Assembly: GCA_964568845.1 (NCBI GenBank)
Contig: CAZMSC010000001.1
Location: forward strand, 32,520 to 96,519
Reading direction: 5' to 3'
DNA: 64,000 bases
Source of the DNA: an uncultured Candidatus Bathyarchaeia archaeon
GTDB taxonomy: Archaea; Thermoproteota; CALKCG01; B24
Shown one piece after another: positions 27,441 through 35,781 of the stretch. The position numbers and the translations under genes are program-made. Under the pieces are notes generated by a model. It ran no database searches. It was not told where the DNA came from and was given only the letters and a program-made list of their open reading frames with translations. How positions within the stretch are numbered: the stretch's first letter is position 1; the number at the start of each line of letters is the position of its first letter.

Positions 27441-27487
27441 GATTTCCCTCGCAAAACCCCTTATTTTTCTTCTCTAAGCATTATCGG
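27441..27487 (+). promoter_or_regulatory. GATTTCCCTCGC box plus promoter-like module CCCC-TTATTTTT-N-ATTATCGG (copy B)
   Basis: GATTTCCCTCGC-AA-AACCCCTTATTTTT matches 22421-22451 in two identical blocks of 12 and 13-14 nt. Confidence 0.35.
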
Positions 27488-27703
27488 TTCTTTTTTGAGC
27501 CACGGACGAAGCCGCGAAGGAGATGAGGGGGTTGCCAGACGCTGACAGCCTTTGCTAAGCATGTCAGCTGATTATGGGGTAGTAGCTTTGGTAATGAAGG
27601 TTGCCGCCACTTCATCACCAATGAAAGTTTTGTACTCAATGAGGCTCTGGACAAGAGTAGAATTTATCTTCCCTATTCTCATTTTTCTATTTAGAGGTTT
27701 AGT

Positions 27704-28039
27704 ATGGGTTTATACTTCAAAGGAAAACCGATGACGGAGGATGCGATGCTGGTTAATATACTTGAGATAGACTCAGGAGAGCTTGGGAAACCTTTCGATG
27801 AAAGACCATACACTTGTGAAAATATCGAGGATAGACTTTGGCTTTGGGTAAACAAAAAGACGGGCAAAGCTGTTATCGCAGGCGACGAGGGTAACGGTTG
27901 GTGTATTCCCCTGATAGTTGGGAATTCAGTCGAAGAGGCCTTCAAGGAGTACATTAAACATCCGGAAAAGACGAGATCAAAGTTCGCCGACCTTCTTGAA
28001 GCGCTTGAAGCCATAATTTATTTCGACTATAAACCCTAA
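27704..28039 (+). CDS. Hypothetical protein (111 aa)
   Basis: ORF with GAGGT SD-like sequence a few nt upstream of the ATG; no recognised motif. Confidence 0.4.
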   Translation: MGLYFKGKPMTEDAMLVNILEIDSGELGKPFDERPYTCENIEDRLWLWVNKKTGKAVIAGDEGNGWCIPLIVGNSVEEAFKEYIKHPEKTRSKFADLLEALEAIIYFDYKP

Positions 28040-28392
28040 AATATTTCCATTTGAGGTTATGTAAACTAAGTCCATGAAGGCAAACGGGATTTAGCCCAAT
28101 TTTTGGTACGCTCAGTAGATAAAGAGAGATAAATGGAAGATCCTTAACAAAAGTTTAGTTAATAGCTTCAGCAACTATGGAAGAGGGGTATGGAACAGAT
28201 CCGAATAGACCAAACCATCTCTTAGCTTATGCTTTAAATAAGCTACCTGAAAGTAGGCTTTGAAATTTAAAAATGTTGAAAACTTTGATGAAATCAAAAC
28301 CTCGAATAGCTCTTTAAAGTAAGAGCTACGTAGCCTTATAGCCTCTTTGACTTTCTTTTTCTGTACCTTATTCTTTCCTTCTATTAGAGTGA

Positions 28393-28825
28393 TTATAGTG
28401 CTTTCTTGAAAAAGAGATCGTATCCCCAAGGCTTTTCGTGCTTTTCAACGACTTTATAGCCCAATTTCATGTAGAAGTTTATCGCCCAATTGGCATTGAT
28501 ATCTACATAGGGGATCACAAGGTATTTTAATCCAAACCTCCTCGCTTCAGCTTCGATGTGAGTTACAAGGGATGTTCCAATGCCTTTTCTTTGGTGTTCG
28601 GGAAGTACATAAACGAAGCGAATATTCCCTGAATGTTCGTTTAGAAGCTGTAAGGCGGCTACGCCAATGATTTTACCCTCTAGCTCATAGCCATGAAAGA
28701 TCATCTCGTTAAACTTTTTCAAAAAACTCTTCGTAGGTGAAAACAGGCTCCTTGAAATACTCCGAGGAAATAATCTTCCGGTAGGCTTCAGCATTACTTT
28801 TATTTATGACATAAAGAGCCGCCAT
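28393..28825 (-). pseudogene. GNAT family N-acetyltransferase with a +1 frameshift in a T6-G-A5 run
   Basis: ATG at 28825 gives MAALYVINKSNAEAYRKIISSEYFKEPVFTYEEFFEKV*. The next frame continues FNEMIFHGYELEGKIIGVAAL...QRKGIGTSLV (acetyl-CoA motif A). The shift lies at about 28711-28727. Confidence 0.6.
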
Positions 28826-29053
28826 AACATCTTTACGTCCAATTTGTGGATGAAGACCTTTCCCGACTTCATTTCTTCCCCCCATCCGCCAACACTTTTA
28901 CGTTAAAGAGCCGCCATCTATTTCTCACCATACCAAATATAAGCCTTTCCGCCAAAACATAGCTAAGTCAAAACATGGAAAACAATATTGAGACCTGTCC
29001 ATGTTATACTTTTTAATCATTAAGTGCTTGTAGATCTAGTGCTCTGGGTGGCT

Positions 29054-29743
29054 ATGTTGTCACTGCGGGAAATAGTCGATAGCTATATGCAGAAGGTTTC
29101 GGGTTTGAGGGAGCATTGCGATAGATGTCTTAGGACAGAGAGGTGGGGAGGAAGCGTTGTTCTAATGGTTGTGGATGCAGCCTTCACTTCTATAGGCTTA
29201 AACTACTTCACGGCTGTTGTTCCAAAGGTTGAAGAGTTCAACAAGAAGTTCGTTGAGAACGGGAGGGTGAGAAAGCTGAAGGATCTTGTGAATGCCGATA
29301 TCGAAGAGTTGAGGAGTGTTTGGAAGAATAGGAGGTCTTGGGTTATCGCTAGGGAAATAGCTTCTTATCTCTCAACAGTGAGCGATGACGATAGAGAGGC
29401 TCTCAGAACTTGGGCTAGAAATGCTAGGCTTGAAAATTGGAAAGAAGACCCTATTGGAAGGATTAAAGGCGTCGGCTTGACTACTTTTCAATATCTACGG
29501 ATGATGGGTGGAATCGATACCGTAATGCCGGATAAAATCGTTAAAAGGGTTGTAAATGAGATCTTAGTTAAAGCTGGCTTAGAGCCTGTAAACGATGATA
29601 TGGAGTTTATTAGGAAAGCTGAAGAAGTCGCTTTAACCTGCGGGTATAGACCTATAGAGCTCTGCTGGATGACGTGGCTAATTCAACCCGAAGGAAAGAT
29701 GATAAGAATGGAAAAGTATTCAAGCCTACTTTCAAAAATCTAA
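29054..29743 (+). CDS. Hypothetical protein with helix-hairpin-helix-like segment
   Basis: IKGVGLTTFQYLRMMGGIDTVMPDKIVKRVV resembles an HhH motif; ATG 29054 preferred over GTG 29024. Confidence 0.4.
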   Translation: MLSLREIVDSYMQKVSGLREHCDRCLRTERWGGSVVLMVVDAAFTSIGLNYFTAVVPKVEEFNKKFVENGRVRKLKDLVNADIEELRSVWKNRRSWVIAREIASYLSTVSDDDREALRTWARNARLENWKEDPIGRIKGVGLTTFQYLRMMGGIDTVMPDKIVKRVVNEILVKAGLEPVNDDMEFIRKAEEVALTCGYRPIELCWMTWLIQPEGKMIRMEKYSSLLSKI

Positions 29744-30100
29744 GTTTAAACATTATGACTGCCCGAGAAGACAGTTAAGCTAATGGAGGGTTAAGTGGAT
29801 ATAGCTGAAGTCTTTCAAGGAGCATAGGAGGGCTAAAGTTCGATCTAAATCTGCACTGCTTGAGAGATTTATGAGCCTTATGAACCGAAGATGGCAGGGT
29901 CATCTTCAAACTGACTGATGGATTTTAAAATTTTTACATATAGTATATTAAGGAAGAAGAAAGCCTTCGGAGTAGGTTAGATGAATAAAATGAGGCCGTT
30001 TCATGGAAAACCTATGGAAAATCTCCATAGGGATATAATGGTAAAACTAGGGGAGGGGGGTTAACATCCATAGTAACAGCCATACAAAAATCCATAGTAA

Positions 30101-30295
30101 ACACCCATAGAGTTGAAGTATTACAAGACCAAGGATATCATACACGTCAAAGAGAAGACGCTGTTCCGATATGAGAACGACGGGTTCTAGTGTAAAACGG
30201 CATCGACGATAGAGGAGGCTTCAAAGTTCATAGAGGTGGGCTTCGAATACGTAACCACGTTCAACGGAATAATGATGTTCAGAAAGCGGAAGTGA
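30101..30295 (+). pseudogene. Archaeal integrase-type C-terminal tail remnant with in-frame TAG
   Basis: ...LFRYENDGF*CKTASTIEEASKFIEVGFEYVTTFNGIMMFRKRK* contains the characteristic xCKxAxTxEEAxxxIExGFEYV...FRKRK tail. TAG lies at 30188-30190 and no catalytic domain is found upstream. Confidence 0.45.
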
Positions 30296-30300
30296 AAAAC

Positions 30301-30741
30301 TTAAACGTAGGACGTTTTACGTTCTGGATAAGTTTTACCGAAGAATTCCTCAACCCTCTTAACCAATTCTTCATCTATGGATTTTTCAGATTCAAATATC
30401 GGCGTTCTACGTTTCACCGCGTACTTCCCCAACCCCAGCATAAGTATATACTTCAACTCATCTTGGGGGAATAATGCTTGAAAGCCGAAGGGCTCACTCT
30501 CCTTTAAAACCTTCATGAATATTTCAAAGTTTAGATCCCGCATCTCCGTCCCCACGGTTATGTAGCTGTAGGGGTTTACAGGCTTAGATTTAAGCTTCCA
30601 AAGCATCTCATCTTTATGTGCTATGTAAAAATCCAGCCTTCCTCCGGTGTCGAGACCAGCCAACACCCTCCAGCCCTGTTTATCTTTATCATAGACGTCT
30701 TTTATACGCTTAATTATTTGGCTTCCAGATTCCACCGACAT
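30301..30741 (-). CDS. Hypothetical protein (146 aa)
   Basis: Complete ORF with ATG start; no recognised motif. Confidence 0.4.
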   Translation of the reverse strand: MSVESGSQIIKRIKDVYDKDKQGWRVLAGLDTGGRLDFYIAHKDEMLWKLKSKPVNPYSYITVGTEMRDLNFEIFMKVLKESEPFGFQALFPQDELKYILMLGLGKYAVKRRTPIFESEKSIDEELVKRVEEFFGKTYPERKTSYV

Positions 30742-30881
30742 TTCTACATTAGAAGGCTACACTGAGGTAAATAAACGTTAACTGAGGCCGCCATCTACCA
30801 GCCCTATGTCAACCAATATTTTTCTCCACCGCTGGTAAAGAGTTATTTTCAAGCTTAGAGAAATATTCCTCTAAGAATACC

Positions 30882-31295
30882 ATGAGCGGTTTAACTGTAG
30901 AGAGAGAAGTATGGTTCATAGGATATGCTGGTAGGAGACCTGGAGACTTTCTAAACTCACTTAAGAACAACCATATAGAGTTGCTAGTAGACGTTAGAAG
31001 GTTTCCAAGCTCTAAAGTGGAAGCTTTTAGGAAAGACGTATTGATGGAGCTTCTTAAACGTGAGAACATAGCCTATTTATGGCTGGGCGACCTATTGGGA
31101 GGATACAGGAGCGGAGGGTTTGAAGAATACATGAAGACTGAAGATTTTGAAAGGGGGCTGGACATACTAGTTAAAGAAGCCTCTAAGAGGAGGACCTGTG
31201 TGATGTGTCTTGAACGTAAACAGAGATACTGCCACAGACGTTTCATAGCTGAAGTTTTAGAGAAAAAGGGGTTCAAAGTGGTGGAGATACAATGA
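30882..31295 (+). CDS. DUF488 family protein
   Basis: VWFIGYAGRRPGDFLNSLKNNHIELLVDVRRFPSSK and the C-terminal CLERKQRYCHRRFIAE are typical of DUF488. Confidence 0.7.
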   Translation: MSGLTVEREVWFIGYAGRRPGDFLNSLKNNHIELLVDVRRFPSSKVEAFRKDVLMELLKRENIAYLWLGDLLGGYRSGGFEEYMKTEDFERGLDILVKEASKRRTCVMCLERKQRYCHRRFIAEVLEKKGFKVVEIQ

Positions 31296-31465
31296 TGGAC
31301 GAAACCCTTAATTATAAGCAGTAAAGTAAACTTAATCGGCGAATGAAGAAAGGATGAATTTACAGAGCGTAGAGCTATGAAGTCAGACGGGCGGACTGAC
31401 GCCGTTGTCAGCAGTGTTTACACAGAGAGGCGCCATTCCGAAGAGAGGAAAAAAGATGGCGTTTT

Positions 31466-32293
31466 TTAGAGTTCTTCTATCAACTGTTCGTAGAATGATA
31501 GGTGTTTGTTGGAGTCGGCATTAATAAACAGTCTTCCAGAGCCCTTTTCACTAAGATCTCCTATGAACATGTAGAAGCGTCCTTTTAGCCTTTCAGATTC
31601 TACTCTAATGCTCGGCCTTATCTCCTCGAAGCTGAAGCTTGCTAAAATCGACGGAACATAGCCAAGTACGACTATTCTACCGTTCTTCATGAAGGCTCCA
31701 GCGCCTTTACCGCATCCACCTTTCACGTATATTGTTCCACCGCTCATATGAACCCCTGGAAAACCGCCAACGTCACCCTCAACTATTATCAAACCATTTT
31801 TCATTCTATAACCTACATTCCAACCAGCTCTACCGTGAACTACCATAGACCCACCCCTCATGCCAACATCCTCACCTCTATAAGCCCCTCCTAGAAAATC
31901 TCCGGCATCGCCATAGACTTCTATAGATCCACCTTTCATCTTAACCCCCAGCCATGGCCCCGCCAAACCCTCTACCACAATTCTACCACCCTTCATAGCT
32001 TCTCCAAAAGCTATGCCAGCCGCTCCTTTAACCCGTATCACTCCACGGCTCATCCTTCTGCCCACTCTCTTAACTTTGGAGAAGTCTCCGATGAGTTCAA
32101 GAGTAGTTTCTTCAGCTTCACCGGCTTCCTTCACTTTAAACAGTTCTCCGAAACGTTTTCTCCTACTGCCTTCATAGACTTCAACGTTTAAGACTTCAGA
32201 TAACCGCTTTTCCTCAAAAAGCTCAGGCTTTATAGCGTCCGCCACCACTGGAAGCCTGAACTCGTAAATCGGAGTTATCTGGTAGACCTTCAA
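31466..32293 (-). CDS. fwdC: Formylmethanofuran dehydrogenase subunit C (FwdC/FmdC)
   Basis: Glycine-rich beta-helix repeats (VKGAAGIAFGEAMKGGRIVVEG, VYGDAGDFLGG, VHGRAGWNVGYRMKNGLIIVEGDVG). TTG start at 32293 follows GGGAGGTG and lies 1 nt after the fwdA stop; the track's longer start overlaps fwdA. Confidence 0.8.
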   Translation of the reverse strand: MKVYQITPIYEFRLPVVADAIKPELFEEKRLSEVLNVEVYEGSRRKRFGELFKVKEAGEAEETTLELIGDFSKVKRVGRRMSRGVIRVKGAAGIAFGEAMKGGRIVVEGLAGPWLGVKMKGGSIEVYGDAGDFLGGAYRGEDVGMRGGSMVVHGRAGWNVGYRMKNGLIIVEGDVGGFPGVHMSGGTIYVKGGCGKGAGAFMKNGRIVVLGYVPSILASFSFEEIRPSIRVESERLKGRFYMFIGDLSEKGSGRLFINADSNKHLSFYEQLIEEL

Positions 32294-32294
32294 G

Positions 32295-33998
32295 TCAAAC
32301 ACCTCCCTTGACCTGTAGTGGGCGAGAGTTAACGAGGAGGCTTTCATCAATAAGGTAGCTGTCAAATTCAACGGTATAGTAGTCTCTGAACTTTCCACGT
32401 ATATCTGAAATCACAGCGTCTTCAAGGTCTTGGGAGATCGATGGGTTAATCCAGAAAATAGAACCCTCAGTACTTTTAACTACTTCACCGTTTACACAAA
32501 CGACTTCTCCGCCCTTTATCGTATACGCTGCTCTTCTAAAGGCTCTTCTAACAAGCTTGTAATCTCTAGATAAATCGATATTACGCGGGTTAAAGCCGTA
32601 TATCGCTATATCTGCATCGGCTCCAACACCGAGATGACCCTTCGACTTCAAACCTAAAACATTGGCGGTTCCAGCTCTAGTGACTATAGCTATCTCGTAA
32701 AGGCTATACTCTCTGTCAATACTATCCAGCATCGTCCTCTTTAAAGCTCTAGCATTGACCTTTTTCATAGTAGCCTCTCTAGCCTTACGGCTTATAAGCC
32801 AGCCTACAACCCTTGGATATTCTGTGAATGGCCCCGCATTCGGATGGTCTGTTGTGAGGAATACCCTCCATGGGTCTTTAATCATCAACGCCAGCTCGAG
32901 CCCTGTGATCCATTGAATCGCATGTACGTAGTTCCGCTTCTTATACCTGAAGGGTACAATGCCGGCGGAAGTTTCACACTCTACATCCGCATTGACCCAT
33001 TTATAGTCCGTTAATAGGTGGAGTTGAAATTGAAACGGCCCATCCGCAGTCATAGTCGTAGCGTTTGAGAAGATAACCTGACCTATATCTATGACTACGT
33101 GTGGATGCTTATTCACATAGTCTGCTACTTCAGGTGCTCCTGAAGTCAATTCGATCCAGCTTTCACCAGCGTAGGAGTTGAACTGGCAGTGGGTTAGGTA
33201 TATGATTGGCTTATACCCATCGTATAGGTCTCTGACGCAATCCATAGTGTCTATGAGCGTCTTATAGTTTCCAGGCTGTCCAAGCCTATTGGCGTGCACA
33301 TGTATCGGATGGGGGATGTTTAACATTTGGTTGACTTTACATAATCCCCTCAAGATCTCCCTAGGCGTTAGGTTGAAGTTCGGTATATTGTCGTCTAAAC
33401 CTCTAACATTTCCTCCCCATCCCCAAGACTCTAAACCACCTGGGTTCACAATCTTAAGGGCATATCCTTTCAAAGCCTTCAAAAGCCAAGCCGAGTAGGC
33501 TACGCATTCCTTAAGCATATTCTTCTCGATATACTCCATTACAAACCAGCAATCTCCCACAAGCGGGAAAGAAGCCTTGTCTATTATCGGGATGTCATTG
33601 AGCTCTTCAATAGTGTGTCTCTGTTTAAGCATGGGAGTGGCGGGTTCTATCACCGTTGTATAGCCCATTCTGGCGTAACGATAACCGATTACAAAGGTTG
33701 AGGGAACGGTGCGTCCTACGCCAGACCTTAAACCAGGCTTACGTGGCTCATAATCTCTGTAATGGTCCTCCGGTCTTAAAGCCCTACCTGAATTCACCTT
33801 TGAACCTGCTATGTGACTGTGAATGTCTACTCCTCCAGGCATTACAACCATACCCGTTGCATCTATGACCTTGACGTCTGCACCTTTAACTTCTTCCACT
33901 ATCTTGCCGTTTTCCACAGCGATGTCCATAACCTCGCCATTTACACCGTTCATCGGATCGAAAACAAAGCCGTTTTTTATCAGAATTTTCCCAGACAT
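32295..33998 (-). CDS. fwdA: Formylmethanofuran dehydrogenase subunit A (FwdA/FmdA, amidohydrolase)
   Basis: ILIKNGFVFDPMNGVNGEVMDIAVENGKIVEE...VIDATGMVVMPGGVDIHSHIAG closely parallels methanogen FwdA N-termini. Confidence 0.85.
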   Translation of the reverse strand: MSGKILIKNGFVFDPMNGVNGEVMDIAVENGKIVEEVKGADVKVIDATGMVVMPGGVDIHSHIAGSKVNSGRALRPEDHYRDYEPRKPGLRSGVGRTVPSTFVIGYRYARMGYTTVIEPATPMLKQRHTIEELNDIPIIDKASFPLVGDCWFVMEYIEKNMLKECVAYSAWLLKALKGYALKIVNPGGLESWGWGGNVRGLDDNIPNFNLTPREILRGLCKVNQMLNIPHPIHVHANRLGQPGNYKTLIDTMDCVRDLYDGYKPIIYLTHCQFNSYAGESWIELTSGAPEVADYVNKHPHVVIDIGQVIFSNATTMTADGPFQFQLHLLTDYKWVNADVECETSAGIVPFRYKKRNYVHAIQWITGLELALMIKDPWRVFLTTDHPNAGPFTEYPRVVGWLISRKAREATMKKVNARALKRTMLDSIDREYSLYEIAIVTRAGTANVLGLKSKGHLGVGADADIAIYGFNPRNIDLSRDYKLVRRAFRRAAYTIKGGEVVCVNGEVVKSTEGSIFWINPSISQDLEDAVISDIRGKFRDYYTVEFDSYLIDESLLVNSRPLQVKGGV

Positions 33999-35282
33999 CT
34001 ACTTCAACCTCCTAAGTATTTGATTTAAGACGTCAACATCCGATAGTATACCGGGAGGAGGGTCTACTACTTTCCTTAACTGTAGGGGAACCCCATCCAT
34101 CCTATAAGCTGTCCCACCCGCTTCAATCCCAACGTAGGCAACTGGTATTGCAACGTCTGCCATTTTAACGGTCGGCGTCACTGCAGGGTCTAAAACTATA
34201 AGCTTTACGTTTTTAAGCTTTTCAACGATATGATGCGGTAAATGACTACACGGGTCTGCACCCACGACGAACACCAGGTCGCAGTCACCTCTAGCTATGA
34301 CGTCTATAGCCGACGTTTCCCCAGGGTTATACCTTGGATATCCCATTGAGAAGTCTACGCAAAACGGATAGCCAGTCTGCCATGTGAAAACCTCGTTGGC
34401 ACCAGTCACGTTAAAGTGCCCCCTCATAGGGATCATTATAAACTTGGTCTTCTTGTTTAAGTCTCTGACGAGGGCTATAGCAGACTCGATATTATGCTCT
34501 TTCCCATAACTCATTGTAAGGCCTAAACCGAAGAATAAAGCTCCAAACTTCGCATTAACCATCATGTCTGCCAACTCTTCAAGCTTTGCCGCTGAAACGC
34601 CACCGACCTCTTCAACCTCTAGATCCAAATCGTTTACCAACGCCCTTAAAGCTGTTAGAATCTCAAAGTCGCTATTCGGCTTAACCTGTATGAATACGTC
34701 CGCCATCGCAGCCGTAGGTGTTCGCCTAACATCTACAACTACCATTCGCCTATTCTTCCTCCCAGCCACAAACCTACCGTTGGATAGTGGACCATAACGT
34801 AACATGTGTCTAGGATGCGCCTCTACTGGATTGCAGCCCCAGTATATTATTAGGTCTGCCCTATGTCTAACCTGCCCCAGCGTCGCCGACGGTATCCCCA
34901 TATCTTGCAGGCCAAGGATTGTCGGCCCATGACATACGACGGATATGTTATCTGCAAGTCCACCTGATAGATCAGCCATTTCTAAGCAGAGCTTTATGGC
35001 TTCGCAACTGGTGCATCCGAACCCGTAGAAGACAGGGTAGCTGGAATTTTTAACCATTTCCACAGCCTTTTCGATGGCTTTATCCAAGTCTGTCTCCACG
35101 TACTCACCGTTTACTCTGACCAGCGGCTTTAGAAGCCTATGCTCACCTAAACTTAAGAATTTACCGCGTCCAAGTGCGCACGCATTTCTAACGTTAATTA
35201 TCTTGTTGGAATCGACTTCAACTTCTAGATCGTCGCAACAGCACCCGCAAAATGGACATAACACGTTTTTAATAACCTCCAA
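33999..35282 (-). CDS. fwdB: Formylmethanofuran dehydrogenase subunit B (FwdB/FmdB, molybdo/tungstopterin subunit)
   Basis: N-terminal CPFCGCCCDDLEV cluster motif and a molybdopterin-oxidoreductase-like body; no in-frame TGA, so it is the Cys form. Confidence 0.8.
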   Translation of the reverse strand: MEVIKNVLCPFCGCCCDDLEVEVDSNKIINVRNACALGRGKFLSLGEHRLLKPLVRVNGEYVETDLDKAIEKAVEMVKNSSYPVFYGFGCTSCEAIKLCLEMADLSGGLADNISVVCHGPTILGLQDMGIPSATLGQVRHRADLIIYWGCNPVEAHPRHMLRYGPLSNGRFVAGRKNRRMVVVDVRRTPTAAMADVFIQVKPNSDFEILTALRALVNDLDLEVEEVGGVSAAKLEELADMMVNAKFGALFFGLGLTMSYGKEHNIESAIALVRDLNKKTKFIMIPMRGHFNVTGANEVFTWQTGYPFCVDFSMGYPRYNPGETSAIDVIARGDCDLVFVVGADPCSHLPHHIVEKLKNVKLIVLDPAVTPTVKMADVAIPVAYVGIEAGGTAYRMDGVPLQLRKVVDPPPGILSDVDVLNQILRRLK

Positions 35283-35285
35283 CGT

Positions 35286-35660
35286 TTAACCCTCCTTTTG
35301 AGGCTGCCCAGTTACCTTGACGGGTTCAACCTCTACTTCTAATCCTTTGAAGCTCGGCATTCCAGTTCCATGTGTTTCAGGGTTTGTCAGACTGTTAGCC
35401 CAAGGACCGTATGCCATAAATATCACTCCCGGATGGGGAGCGTACTTAGATTTCACAGCCTTAACTATGATGCTTCCATACTGGGAGCTTATCCTTACGT
35501 TTTCACCCTCGCTTACGTTCAGCGTATTCATGTCTTTGGGGTCGATTTGGCATACCATTGTAGCGTCTATGTAGCGTTTTGAAAACTTACTCGCCTCCTT
35601 TCCCAAACCCTGTTCGAGGCTTCTACCGGATATAAGTATCATTTTGACCAGATCAACCAC
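35286..35660 (-). CDS. fwdD: Formylmethanofuran dehydrogenase subunit D (FwdD/FmdD)
   Basis: LISGRSLEQG...GENVRISSQYGSIIVKAV...GVIFMAYGPWAN (molybdopterin dinucleotide-binding beta-barrel). Alternative ATG start at 35642. Confidence 0.75.
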   Translation of the reverse strand: MVDLVKMILISGRSLEQGLGKEASKFSKRYIDATMVCQIDPKDMNTLNVSEGENVRISSQYGSIIVKAVKSKYAPHPGVIFMAYGPWANSLTNPETHGTGMPSFKGLEVEVEPVKVTGQPQKEG

Positions 35661-35781
35661 CGCCCTAGTTTTTTAAACAAAAGCTCTTAAAGAAAAATCA
35701 TATGTCTAACTGGTTTAAAAATTGTCTCCTACTCAGTAAGACTTATTCAATATAGCTTGAAACTATTATATAGGTGTCTTT

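Noticed and set aside
27150-30190. In-frame TAG codons as evidence for pyrrolysine or amber reassignment
   Set aside because: TAG is the terminator of several conserved genes in the window at their expected ends (LSm, TRAM, SfsA, S8e). Both TAG-interrupted ORFs lie in a region with other decay signs.
32294-32398. Long form of the fwdC ORF overlapping the fwdA 3' end by about 100 nt
   Set aside because: The SD (GGGAGGTG) plus an in-frame TTG 1 nt after the fwdA stop give a normal FwdC of about 275 aa. The extension has no FwdC-like sequence.
31466-35660. The four-gene cluster as a bacterial-type Fhc (formyltransferase/hydrolase) complex rather than Fwd
   Set aside because: The fourth gene is a FwdD-type molybdopterin-dinucleotide-binding barrel, not an Ftr-like FhcD. 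FwdB retains the N-terminal Cys cluster motif. This still needs phylogeny.
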